A program made the translations under genes and the position numbers. A model generated the notes under the pieces. That model ran no database searches and had not been told where the DNA came from. It saw nothing but the letters and a program-made list of their open reading frames with translations. A stretch of DNA of 53,928 nucleotides from Planctomyces sp. (GTDB lineage Bacteria > Planctomycetota > Planctomycetia > Planctomycetales > Planctomycetaceae): assembly GCA_043750195.1 (NCBI GenBank), contig JAYVCB010000163.1, positions 1 through 53,928 of the forward strand, in the 5' to 3' direction. Shown in pieces: positions 1-8,675 of the stretch (positions are counted from its first letter, which is position 1; the number at the start of each line of letters is the position of its first letter).

Positions 1-178
1 GCACGACCCTTCACGCAGACTCGGTTGTGAGCGAATGACCAAAGCCTACAATGCCGACCGTTGTGGCGAGTGCGGACACGCTCGCCGGTTTTTGACCGAG
101 CTGGCCGCTCGACATTTTGAGGAGTCATCGCGTGGTATCGCTCATTGAGCCGCGCGACATTTAGGGGAGAGTCTCATC

Positions 179-793
179 ATGGCTTACACGTTGCCCGAAT
201 TGCCTTACGCGGAAAATGCGCTCGAACCACACATCGACGCAAAGACGATGAATATCCATCGGACGAAGCACCATCAGGCTTACATCAACAACGTCAACGG
301 GGCGCTCGAAAAGCATCCGGAGCTGGCGGGGAAGTCGGTTGAGGATTTGGTCCGTGGGCTCGCGACGGTCCCGGAAGACATTCGCACGGTCGTCCGCAAC
401 AACGGCGGAGGACATGCCAATCACTCGTTGTTCTGGACGGTGATGAAGCCGAATGGCGGCGGTGAGCCGACCGGCGCGCTGGGCGAGGCGATCACCAAGG
501 CGTGTGGCAGCTTCGCGGCGTTCAAAGAGCAATTCGCCAAGGCCGCGACGACTCGGTTCGGCAGCGGCTGGGCTTGGCTGTCGGTCGATGCCAGCGGCGG
601 GTTGATGGTGGAAAGCACCGCCAATCAAGATTCGCCGCTGTCCGACGGACACACGCCGATTTTGGGGCTCGATGTTTGGGAGCACGCTTACTACTTGAAT
701 TATCAGAACCGCCGGCCGGACTACATCACCGCGTTCTTTAATGTCGTCAACTGGGATGAAGTCGCCCGCCGATACGCGGCCGCCAAGAAGTAG
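179..793 (+). CDS. sodA: Mn-type superoxide dismutase (Fe/Mn SOD family)
   Basis: 204-aa ORF with [21 protein letters not shown] (Mn-type signature) and [18 protein letters not shown]. The ATG is preceded by ggggaga. Confidence 0.93.
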   Translation: MAYTLPELPYAENALEPHIDAKTMNIHRTKHHQAYINNVNGALEKHPELAGKSVEDLVRGLATVPEDIRTVVRNNGGGHANHSLFWTVMKPNGGGEPTGALGEAITKACGSFAAFKEQFAKAATTRFGSGWAWLSVDASGGLMVESTANQDSPLSDGHTPILGLDVWEHAYYLNYQNRRPDYITAFFNVVNWDEVARRYAAAKK

Positions 794-821
794 TGCGTCG
801 TCAAGACTTGAAACATGGGTT

Positions 822-886
822 GTGAGCGGCAAGGCGTTAGCCGCCGATCAGGCAGAATCAACGGCGGCTAGCGCCTCGCCGCTCAC
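822..886. repeat. Imperfect 24-bp inverted repeat (REP-like hairpin) downstream of sodA
   Basis: gtgagcggcaaggcgttagccgcc (822-845) pairs with ggcggctagcgcctcgccgctcac (863-886). There are 2 mismatches and a 17-nt loop. Confidence 0.8.
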
Positions 887-943
887 TCCCATGAATCCTT
901 GAAGACGCAGTTGTCTCTTTGGACTGAACCTCAAAGACTTAAA

Positions 944-974
944 GCCGGGCGTCCGCATGGAAGCCCGGCTTTTT
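944..974. terminator. Rho-independent-type terminator between convergent sodA and tadC
   Basis: Stem gccgggc (944-950) / gcccggc (963-969) followed by ttttt (970-974) and preceded by aaa, so it could act in both directions. Confidence 0.6.
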
Positions 975-993
975 GCGTTTCAGATTCTGCCGA

Positions 994-2301
994 TTACTGA
1001 GCAGTGCCTCGGATTTGCGGACGATTGACTCCGCGCGACGACGCGGCGCGTTGTTCATTCAAGCCTCCCAGTCCACCGGCATTGGTGAATTTGGAAAGTT
1101 CAATCACTGCCGGTCCCATCAAGAACATGAACACGGCTGGCATCAGGCAGAGGACGGTCGGGAACAGCAGCGAGAACGAGGCTTGATTGGCACGCTCGTC
1201 GGCGCGCTGCCGCAAGCTCTCACGCATCGTGTCCGAATAGTCGGTCAAGGCGTCGGACACGCTCGTGCCCATGCGTTCGGTCTGCGTGAGCAGCGAGGTG
1301 AAAGAATCGACCTGTGGCAGGTCGATGCGGTTGGCGAAGTTCTGCAAGGCTTCATTCAAATTGCCGACTTGGGCTTGGTCCACGGTGATCGACAGCTCTT
1401 GAGCCAACGCGGGATACACCGGCTTCAAGTCGTGTGCGATGCGGGCCAGCGAGGCCGGCACCGTCAGTCCCTGACTGACGCACATATTGAGCATGTCCAT
1501 CATGTCGGGGATCGCTTGTTCGACTTCGGCGCGGCGCGATTTCGCGCGACTCTTGACCATCAGAGACGGCAAGGCCCAGCCCAAGCCGGTCATGGCCACG
1601 GTTCCGACCAATAAGATTCGCTCCAGAATCGGCGGAGCCATCAGCACGCACACGCCACCCAGCAGCAGTGAGCCGATCATGAACAGGAACCGCGTGGCGG
1701 CGAGGTTCTCTCGTGCGTGAGGCGCGTAGTCCCCCGCCTGATTGAGTTCGCGAGCGAGCGTGTGCTTGGCTGTCTCGTTTTCCGGCAGGAACGACGCCAA
1801 GACCGGTGTCGCCGGGCCAAAGACGTAATCGCTGGTATCGACGGTCGGGACTTCATGCGGCTCGACGCGCGGAATCGCCGGGCTGCCCCGCCAGCCCGAT
1901 TGCGTCTGCGAACCAAACAGAGTGCGATCTTGCCAAGTGGTCTCGACGGCTCCGCTTGGTCGATAGACCGGCATGCCTTCGGCATTGATCGTTCGCCCCA
2001 CTGTCGTCGGCACGGCCGAGGCAGGCACTGCGGCCTCCGGCTTGAGAATCGAGACGGAGGGCGAGCCGGTTGTGGCCGTCACGTCGCGAGCCTGTTCGGC
2101 TTGGCGACGTTCCGTCTCTTGCAGTTCCTGTTGCAGACGGTCGAGCCGATTGAGTTCCTCATGCGGCCGCTGAGCCAGCAATCGCTCACGCCGTTTGCGA
2201 CGGATGATGTTGCCCAGCGCCAGCGCGATGATCACCGCGCACAGGCTGTAGAACGCCACTTGCAATTCGAAGGTCGTCAACATCGTTGAGTTTCCATCCA
2301 A
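994..2301 (-). CDS. tadC: Tad/Flp pilus assembly inner-membrane protein TadC (T2SS-F family)
   Basis: 435-aa ORF. The C-terminal half is T2SS-F/TadC-like (DMMDMLNMCVSQGLTVPASL, LLFPTVLCLMPAVFMFLMGPAV). The N-terminus has a TM segment plus a low-complexity linker. It starts 18 nt after tadB and is the last gene of the operon. Confidence 0.85.
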   Translation of the reverse strand: MDGNSTMLTTFELQVAFYSLCAVIIALALGNIIRRKRRERLLAQRPHEELNRLDRLQQELQETERRQAEQARDVTATTGSPSVSILKPEAAVPASAVPTTVGRTINAEGMPVYRPSGAVETTWQDRTLFGSQTQSGWRGSPAIPRVEPHEVPTVDTSDYVFGPATPVLASFLPENETAKHTLARELNQAGDYAPHARENLAATRFLFMIGSLLLGGVCVLMAPPILERILLVGTVAMTGLGWALPSLMVKSRAKSRRAEVEQAIPDMMDMLNMCVSQGLTVPASLARIAHDLKPVYPALAQELSITVDQAQVGNLNEALQNFANRIDLPQVDSFTSLLTQTERMGTSVSDALTDYSDTMRESLRQRADERANQASFSLLFPTVLCLMPAVFMFLMGPAVIELSKFTNAGGLGGLNEQRAASSRGVNRPQIRGTAQ

Positions 2302-2319
2302 TGACTGTCACCGCGTCGG

Positions 2320-3183
2320 TTATGTCCGTTGGCTGCCGCGCAGAATCGACAGCACCCACACTGCGCCGACCAGGTCCAGGATCACGGCGGCGATTGTCAA
2401 AAAGCGGCCCCAATAGGTACTCAGCAATTGATTCAGGTAGTTCGTGTCGCGAAACATGAAGAACGTGATGATGATCGGCGGCAAGGCGATCATCAGGATC
2501 GCCGTCCAGCGGCTGCCGATCGTGGCGGCTCGCAACCGGCCGAGGAACAGCAGGCGATCACGTACTGTCTGAGCCAATCGTTCCAGCACCATCACCAGAT
2601 CGCCGCCGGTCTCCTGATGCACGCCCAGCGACGTCACCAGGATATTGAGCGCAACCAGTCCGGTTCGATCCGGCAGATCGCGCATCGAGCTGGCGATGTC
2701 TTCTCCCATCTGCATCCGGCGAGCACAGACGCGCAGTTCGGAGCCGAGCGGTTCGGGCGTGTCTTCCGCGACCATCGCACAGCATTGGTCGATGCTGCGG
2801 CCGGTCTTCGCCGCGCGAGCCAGTTCTTCGATCATGCTCGGCAACTGCTGAGTCATCAGCCGCTGCCGCTGCATTCGCGCGAACATCACATACAACAACG
2901 GGAACAGGCCGCCCAACCCCACGCCCACTGAGGCCGTCAGCGGATTCTCTTGAAAGACGAGAATCAACCCGCCGACCACAATGCCGCTCAGCATGCACAG
3001 CATCAACAACGTCGTCGGCGAGATGTCCACGCTCGACTGGATCATGATCCGGTCGAACTCCGAGTTGATTCGGTTCGACACTTTGTCGTCATCGGTCGTG
3101 GCGAAGCGCTCTTGATGCCGCAAAATGCCGGCAAAGTTCGGCTGCGATTCAATCGGACGGTAGATCGGCAAGTCAGTGGCCAT
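2320..3183 (-). CDS. tadB: Tad/Flp pilus assembly inner-membrane protein TadB (T2SS-F family)
   Basis: 287-aa ORF with a T2SS-F domain (LPSMIEELARAAKTGRSIDQC) and flanking TM segments. It sits between cpaF and tadC. Confidence 0.85.
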   Translation of the reverse strand: MATDLPIYRPIESQPNFAGILRHQERFATTDDDKVSNRINSEFDRIMIQSSVDISPTTLLMLCMLSGIVVGGLILVFQENPLTASVGVGLGGLFPLLYVMFARMQRQRLMTQQLPSMIEELARAAKTGRSIDQCCAMVAEDTPEPLGSELRVCARRMQMGEDIASSMRDLPDRTGLVALNILVTSLGVHQETGGDLVMVLERLAQTVRDRLLFLGRLRAATIGSRWTAILMIALPPIIITFFMFRDTNYLNQLLSTYWGRFLTIAAVILDLVGAVWVLSILRGSQRT

Positions 3184-3191
3184 GATGAAGT

Positions 3192-3254
3192 CAGATTTCA
3201 GATTTGAGATTTCAAATGTCAGATTTCAAATTTGAGATTTGAGATTTGAAATAC
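3192..3254. repeat. Nine tandem heptamers [C/G]A[G/A]ATTT, AT-rich, inside the tad operon
   Basis: Units read cagattt cagattt gagattt caaatgt cagattt caaattt gagattt gagattt gaaatac. They fill most of the 77-nt gap between the cpaF stop and the tadB start and also have dyad symmetry (gatttcaaat / atttgaaat). Confidence 0.95.
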
Positions 3255-3260
3255 TGGAGT

Positions 3261-4613
3261 TCAGACCGTGGCTTGGTAGTTGACGCCGGAGCTCAATTCG
3301 CGGGACAGGAAGATCCCCTTGGGAGGTTCGTAGCCCATTGCGCTCAGGCGTTTGAAACAGATCGGTTCGTGGCCGGTTGAATAAAACGCGCCGCGCGCTT
3401 TCCCATCCGGGCCGATGCCGGTCATGCGGTACACAAAGATGTCTTCGATCAAGTACGAGCCATCGCGGCAGCCGCAGAGTTCAGAGACACGCGTCACTTT
3501 GCGTTCGCCGGTGCTCAAGCGCGACATGTGGACCAAGACATGAATCGCCGTCGAGATGTATTGCCGAGCGATCGAAGCCGGCAGATCCACGCCAGAGAGC
3601 GCGATCATCATCTCCAACCGATCGAGCGCGTCGCGCGTGTCGTTGGCGTGAACGGTGCTCATCGAGCCTTCGTGGCCGGTGTTCATGGCTTGCAGCATTT
3701 CCAACACTTCGCCGCCGCGAGCTTCGCCGACGATGATCCGATCCGGCCGCATTCGCAGACTGTTTTTCAATAAGTCGCGCTGATTGATCTCTCCTTTGCC
3801 TTCCACGTTGGCCGGCCGCATTTCCAACGAGACAACGTCTGGCTGCTGCAACTGCAATTCGGCCGTCTGCTCGATCGTGATGACTCGCTCGGTCGGCGAG
3901 ATGAAGCGGCTGACGTTGTTGAGCATCGTCGTCTTGCCAGCACCGGTGCCGCCGCTGATCAGCACGTTCAGCCGAGCGCGAATCGCCAAGATCAGGAAGT
4001 CGGCCATTTCCGGCGCGAGCGAGCCGAATCGAACCATGTCCTCGAACACCAGCGTGCGCTTGGCGAATTTACGAATCGAGATCGTCGGCCCCTTCAAAGC
4101 CAGGGGCGGGATCACCGCGTTCAGACGCGAGCCATCCGGCAGCTTGGCATCGACCATCGGCGAAACTTCGTCGATGCGCCGACCCGCTCGGCCGACCAGC
4201 CGGTGGATCAAACGCATCAAGTGCTGATCGTCGGCGAAGCGAATCTCGGTCGCTTCTAAGAGGCCGCGACGCTCGACGAACACGCGGTCCGGGCCGTTGA
4301 CCAGCACGTCGCTGACCTCCGGATCGTTCATCAGCGGCTCCAGCGGACCGAAACCGTAGATCTCGTCCATGATCTCGCGAACCATCAGGTCGCGCTGCTC
4401 CGGCGGTAACGCGACCGCCTCCATCGTGCAGAGATGCGTGGCCAAACCCCGCAACTGCGCACGCAGATCGTTCTCGTTGAGCTGTCCCGCCTTCGACAAG
4501 TCGATCGCGTCGATCATCCGTCGGTGCAGATGCGTCTTCAGCCGCTGAAACGCCTGGCGTCCATCGGTTGGTTTATTGAGTGTCGATTCCATGATGAGTG
4601 ACTCCAGTTCCAC
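3261..4613 (-). CDS. cpaF: CpaF/TadA-type pilus assembly ATPase
   Basis: 450 aa with Walker [22 protein letters not shown] and the [18 protein letters not shown] His-box region. GTG 4613 directly abuts the TAA of the upstream gene; an alternative ATG lies at 4592. Confidence 0.95.
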   Translation of the reverse strand: MELESLIMESTLNKPTDGRQAFQRLKTHLHRRMIDAIDLSKAGQLNENDLRAQLRGLATHLCTMEAVALPPEQRDLMVREIMDEIYGFGPLEPLMNDPEVSDVLVNGPDRVFVERRGLLEATEIRFADDQHLMRLIHRLVGRAGRRIDEVSPMVDAKLPDGSRLNAVIPPLALKGPTISIRKFAKRTLVFEDMVRFGSLAPEMADFLILAIRARLNVLISGGTGAGKTTMLNNVSRFISPTERVITIEQTAELQLQQPDVVSLEMRPANVEGKGEINQRDLLKNSLRMRPDRIIVGEARGGEVLEMLQAMNTGHEGSMSTVHANDTRDALDRLEMMIALSGVDLPASIARQYISTAIHVLVHMSRLSTGERKVTRVSELCGCRDGSYLIEDIFVYRMTGIGPDGKARGAFYSTGHEPICFKRLSAMGYEPPKGIFLSRELSSGVNYQATV

Positions 4614-5924
4614 TTAATTCGTCAGTCGCAGGTTGGCGACGTATTTGTTCTTCTCACACCCAGCATCGGTCTCGTCCGAGGTCGCGACGGCAGATCGAGT
4701 CGCCAGCACCGCCGGTTGCAACACGATTTCACATTCGCACTCCGAGATTTCGCGAACGAACATCACTCGCCCGGCCACCATTTTTGTGACCTGCAACGAC
4801 GCGACGTGCGAGCAAACATCACCTTCAACCCGTTCATACAAGAAGACGACGCGGCTTTGACCGAGCACCGATCGGAATGCTTGAGCCAGCACGTTGCCGT
4901 CGACACCGCGCAGCCCCGCCATCGCCAGAGGCCCGTGATCGAAGAGCAGTTCTCCCCCGAACGATTCCAGATCGTCCGCCGACCAACCTTGTGAGATCTG
5001 CCGACGTAAATGGTTTTCCGTCAAATCTCCCGTCAGCGTGAGGACGAACGCATTCGACTTCGAGTTGCTCGACTGAGTTGCCGTCCGCAACGTGATCTCC
5101 GGAATGCCGTCCGCCGTGTTCGTGACTTCTCCCGTCGTGGAGTCGTAACCAAAGTGATCGGTGCCACGACGCTGATCAATGTCTCGCATCCATGTGGGAG
5201 CGGCCGTCTGCTGAGGATTGTTCGACACGCCGGTTTTGTCGGCCTTGTTGAGCGATACGGTTGAGTGCTTGTGAGACGTCTCTTGTTTCGCGTTCGCCTG
5301 TGCCAAGATCGCGAGTGGCAGTGTCGGGATCGGCAATCGATCGACTGACCTCAGTCCCCTGACCTGGAAGTTGAGAGACGCTTCGGCGACCGCCACCACA
5401 TTCGCATCGGTCGGCGCGTAGAAGGTTCGGAACGGGAGCGGGACTGCGGAGTGACGAGCGTCTGTGCAACGGGCGGCGACGGCCACGGAAGTCGGCTCGT
5501 GGTCGTTGGTCTCGACGAAAATGGGTTCGCCGGTGGCAGGATCATTCTTCAAGTTGCCGAAGCGAACGTCGTTCGCCGGATCGGTGCTGAGCGTCACTGG
5601 CTCACCGGCGACAAAGTTCTGAGCGGCGATCCGCGCGGCCGCAAAACGAGATTTCATTTGCAGGGCGGCGGGATCGAAATCGGGCCGCAAACGGTCATCG
5701 TTGGCCAACTCGCGAGCGGCGGCCAGCGCGGCCGCTTCCGCGGCGATTTGCAACTCACTTTTCGCGATGTCCAAGTGCAGGCGGTCGATCACCAAGGCCG
5801 CGCCAGCCAACACAGCGATCAGCGCCAACGCCAACGCCGGCATTAAAGTGCCAGCTCGGCGTGACGCGACTCGCAAGCGTGTTGACCGGGGAAGGTTTCG
5901 CATCGCCATCGAATCACAGACCAA
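4614..5924 (-). CDS. TadG-like pilus-associated protein (Tad N-terminal domain)
   Basis: 436 aa. The N-terminal TM segment plus LALIAVLAGAALVIDRLHLDIAKSELQIAAEAAALAAAREL is typical of the TadE/G-like Tad domain. The rest is not recognisable. Operon position supports the call. Confidence 0.65.
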   Translation of the reverse strand: MVCDSMAMRNLPRSTRLRVASRRAGTLMPALALALIAVLAGAALVIDRLHLDIAKSELQIAAEAAALAAARELANDDRLRPDFDPAALQMKSRFAAARIAAQNFVAGEPVTLSTDPANDVRFGNLKNDPATGEPIFVETNDHEPTSVAVAARCTDARHSAVPLPFRTFYAPTDANVVAVAEASLNFQVRGLRSVDRLPIPTLPLAILAQANAKQETSHKHSTVSLNKADKTGVSNNPQQTAAPTWMRDIDQRRGTDHFGYDSTTGEVTNTADGIPEITLRTATQSSNSKSNAFVLTLTGDLTENHLRRQISQGWSADDLESFGGELLFDHGPLAMAGLRGVDGNVLAQAFRSVLGQSRVVFLYERVEGDVCSHVASLQVTKMVAGRVMFVREISECECEIVLQPAVLATRSAVATSDETDAGCEKNKYVANLRLTN

Positions 5925-5943
5925 GGTTCCAACGGAAAGGGAA

Positions 5944-7071
5944 TCAGTTTCGCAGAGCAGTCGGCCCGCTGATCGAGGCCGCGGACTTCGGCCGTGCTCG
6001 CAACATCGAGCCGACTCGCGAGCGGACCCCTTTGCCTGCCGTACCGGGTTGCGTCACCGGGATGTCCGGATCTGTTGCAGGAGCCGGAACAGTTTCTTGA
6101 TTGGGGACGTCGCTGCTCCGGCTTCCGGAGTCGAGGAACACATTGTCTGGATCAAAATTGTCTTTCGTGGCATCCGTGGTGCTACTTCGGTTTGAATCTA
6201 ATCCAGAGCGGACTTCAAATTTTCTGCCGTCCTTATCCCATTGCATCGCGGCACCGCCGGTCCCGCGATAGGTTTCAGTGATGAAGGGCTTCTCTGGCTC
6301 TTCAGGTTTCACTTCGGGCTTGGTAACCACTTTTTTAAGGCCCATGATTTCCCAAAGTGTCGCGCGATCGGCGTTGTTCAATGCGATGCCTCCAGCTCCT
6401 TCGCCGTCGGGGTTGAAGCTGAACGAGATCGTGCCGCGCGGTTGAGCCACCAGTAACACATTGGTCTGGCTCGGCTCCAATTCCAGCGTGATCGAGTTGC
6501 CCGTGGGGAGCACCGGTGACTGTCGAAATCCCTTGTTCAAGGCCAGCACCCGCACCCCCTTGAGCAAGGTCAGGCTGACGCCTCCCAAACGCACGATGCG
6601 GTCGTCGAGTCCCCCCGCGCCCTGGGGGTCCAACGTGAAATGCACATCCACGTAATCGCCCGGCTTGATCAGACCGTCCAGAATTTCGGTCGCGTTCTTT
6701 ACGGTGATCGAGATGGCTTGCTTACCTTCGGCGACTTCGAGCGGTGAGTTCTCGCCCGGTTCGTACAACTCTGAGCCGCGCAATGGACTACCTGGCTGGA
6801 TTGCCTTTTTGACAACACGGCCGACTGTCACACGCGCTGAACGCAGGTGGTCTTCTTTGAGTTCTCGTACGGGAAACGGACCGAGTCCGATGTGCGTGTC
6901 AGAAATCTTTGTCCCTGGCGCGAGGTAAGCCGTCGCCAGCGGAATGTTGACGGTCTGCGCGCGTACGACTTTCTTCTCGACCGCAAACAACCCTTTGATG
7001 ACGTACAGGCCGATCAAGCCGCCCACCGCCACGAGCATCAACATCGTGACTTTTGCCGGAGTAAGTTTCAC
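5944..7071 (-). CDS. cpaB: CpaB/RcpC-like Flp pilus assembly protein with a long low-complexity C-terminal extension
   Basis: 375 aa with an N-terminal membrane anchor (VTMLMLVAVGGLIGLYVI) and a SAF/CpaB-like core (TVNIPLATAYLAPGTKISDTHI, VGRVVKKAIQPGSPL). A K/P/E- and S/T-rich tail of about 130 aa follows. Confidence 0.75.
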   Translation of the reverse strand: MKLTPAKVTMLMLVAVGGLIGLYVIKGLFAVEKKVVRAQTVNIPLATAYLAPGTKISDTHIGLGPFPVRELKEDHLRSARVTVGRVVKKAIQPGSPLRGSELYEPGENSPLEVAEGKQAISITVKNATEILDGLIKPGDYVDVHFTLDPQGAGGLDDRIVRLGGVSLTLLKGVRVLALNKGFRQSPVLPTGNSITLELEPSQTNVLLVAQPRGTISFSFNPDGEGAGGIALNNADRATLWEIMGLKKVVTKPEVKPEEPEKPFITETYRGTGGAAMQWDKDGRKFEVRSGLDSNRSSTTDATKDNFDPDNVFLDSGSRSSDVPNQETVPAPATDPDIPVTQPGTAGKGVRSRVGSMLRARPKSAASISGPTALRN

Positions 7072-7083
7072 CGCAGGTCTCCT

Positions 7084-7500
7084 TCATTCCCGAATCATGC
7101 AGGTTTCCGACAACAACGGGCGTCCTTGCAAGCTGTAGCCGATCGGCCACAACAGGTCCGGTGCGGCGTCGCTCATCGCGACCGTCACCAACACCGCGAC
7201 CACGTCCCCAGATTTCTCTCCCAACTGAGCTTCCACTTGGAGCGAGTTGTGAAATCGAGGGTGCAGCACCTTCAATACTTCGTCTTCGACATCTTCCGCC
7301 GTCGCGCCCGGCAAGCTGGCCTTTCGAGCCGCCACACGGCTCGCCTCGACCACTTCGCCGCGTGCGAAAAACAACATCGTGAACTCGAACAGCCCCGCCA
7401 ACATCAGCGCGAGAATCGGCAACGTCAGCGCCAACTCCATGCTGAGCACACCGGATCGGCGGTGGCGGATCGACTGGCGAGAGGCTTTCATGATTTCCAT
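7084..7500 (-). CDS. TadE-like pseudopilin
   Basis: ORF 7084..7530 trimmed to ATG 7500, because the upstream codons run into the palindrome at 7518-7568. RSGVLSMELALTLPILALMLAGLFEFTMLFFAR is a TadE-type N-terminus. Confidence 0.75.
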   Translation of the reverse strand: MEIMKASRQSIRHRRSGVLSMELALTLPILALMLAGLFEFTMLFFARGEVVEASRVAARKASLPGATAEDVEDEVLKVLHPRFHNSLQVEAQLGEKSGDVVAVLVTVAMSDAAPDLLWPIGYSLQGRPLLSETCMIRE

Positions 7501-7517
7501 TTCGCGACGCGAACAAC

Positions 7518-7568
7518 GTAGACGAGTCACTCCGTAACTCGAATCGAGTCACGGAGTGACTCGTCTAC
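7518..7568. repeat. GTAG-headed REPIN-like hairpin (family gtagacgagtcactccgt)
   Basis: Perfect 18-bp stem, gtagacgagtcactccgt (7518-7535) / acggagtgactcgtctac (7551-7568), with a 15-nt loop. The same 18-mer recurs at 38722-38739. Confidence 0.9.
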
Positions 7569-7569
7569 T

Positions 7570-8145
7570 TTAGAACCCCGGAAACTTCGGCAGCTTCCAC
7601 AGCACGATGACCCATGTCGCCAACGCCACCGGCGGTGCATAACCCATGACCCGCCGGGCTTGACGTTTAACGGCAGTTTCTGCTGCTGGCGGTAGCCCAT
7701 TCGGCGATTGGCCTCCCGCGAGATAAACCTCTTTGGTCCGAAACAGCCCGTGTGTCAAAACGCTGAAGGCCATCACTCCGACTGTGCCGAGAATCACGAA
7801 GATCGTGCTCAGAATCAGCACCATGCAGGTGGGCTTAAATCCGATCCAAACGCTCAACGCCCCCATCAGCTTCACGTCGCCACCGCCACCGCCGCCGATC
7901 ATCCACAAGACCCACATCATCCCGAACCCGGCCGCAAATGCCGCAGCCGCGTCGATCAATCCGGGCCGGCCGACTCCCTCGCCAAGCTGATTGAACAACG
8001 CCTGATACAGCAGTCCCGCGCCGAAGATCGGCAGGGTGATCTTGTTCGGAATCTTCTTGAGCCGGATGTCGCTGATCGCCGTCGAAAGCGTGAAGGCTCC
8101 GACGCAGGCCAAGTACACCACCAATTGCAAACTCAGTTCTGGCAT
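7570..8145 (-). CDS. cpaA: A24-family prepilin peptidase CpaA/TadV
   Basis: ORF trimmed to ATG 8145 (MPELSLQ...). Polytopic membrane protein with DIRLKKIPN and GGGGGDVKLMGAL, the two Asp contexts of type IV prepilin peptidases. First gene of the tad operon. Confidence 0.85.
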   Translation of the reverse strand: MPELSLQLVVYLACVGAFTLSTAISDIRLKKIPNKITLPIFGAGLLYQALFNQLGEGVGRPGLIDAAAAFAAGFGMMWVLWMIGGGGGGDVKLMGALSVWIGFKPTCMVLILSTIFVILGTVGVMAFSVLTHGLFRTKEVYLAGGQSPNGLPPAAETAVKRQARRVMGYAPPVALATWVIVLWKLPKFPGF

Positions 8146-8400
8146 GAGAATCCTCGACAGTTCTATTGCTTGAATGGCTCCACACAACGAGTGCGGCAAA
8201 GATACGACATAGGTTTGTCGCCGACACAAAGCCTCGCCAATCGTTGCTGTTTTTCCACGTTGATTATTGGCCGCATTCCGAACTACTGGCGTGGTCGGTT
8301 TTCCGCACGCGACCGCTTCGCGCCTTTCGAGTTTCTGAAATCGTCACGATCAGCAGAATCGCTACGACCGGCTCTTGTCTGATGTTGCGAACGATCGTTT

Positions 8401-8454
8401 AACCGCACGCCGCAGGCACGCGCTTCTCCGAGCACGTGCCTGCGGCGTGCGGTT
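8401..8454. repeat. Perfect 20-bp hairpin (REP-like)
   Basis: aaccgcacgccgcaggcacg (8401-8420) pairs with cgtgcctgcggcgtgcggtt (8435-8454); 14-nt loop. Confidence 0.9.
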
Positions 8455-8480
8455 ACTTGGAGACAGGTTGATGTTTGCGG

Positions 8481-8540
8481 GTAGACCGGACGCCTACGTC
8501 CGGTCGAATCGGCAGGTCCGGACGTAGGCGTCCGGACTAC
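8481..8540. repeat. GTAG-headed REPIN-like doublet
   Basis: gtagaccggacgcctacgtccggtc (8481-8505) pairs with gtccggacgtaggcgtccggactac (8516-8540); 2 mismatches. Each arm is itself a small palindrome (ccggacg..cgtccgg). Confidence 0.9.
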
Positions 8541-8675
8541 GGGTTGATTCGCGTAAAGCTCAATCTGAGTGCTAATAATCGACGGTTGGATGACTGCCTG
8601 GGAGAAACCACGGGAATATCTGCGGCTCTCCTGACTCATGGAGTCGGACAGCTCCCCTGCGCTAGCCTGAAAAGG

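Noticed and set aside
1-148. Open frame from the window edge to TGA 146-148 encoding ...CERMTKAYNADRCGECGHARRFLTELAARHFEESSRGIAH
   Set aside because: Only 48 codons are visible with no start. The Cys spacing hints at a zinc-ribbon C-terminus, but an open frame this short is not significant in GC-rich DNA. The flanking sequence is needed.
8146-8675. Search for an flp pilin gene upstream of cpaA
   Set aside because: I translated the operon strand by hand. There is no short ORF with a Flp-type leader and hydrophobic helix (G/xxxxEY-type). The region is dominated by the two palindromes at 8401-8454 and 8481-8540.
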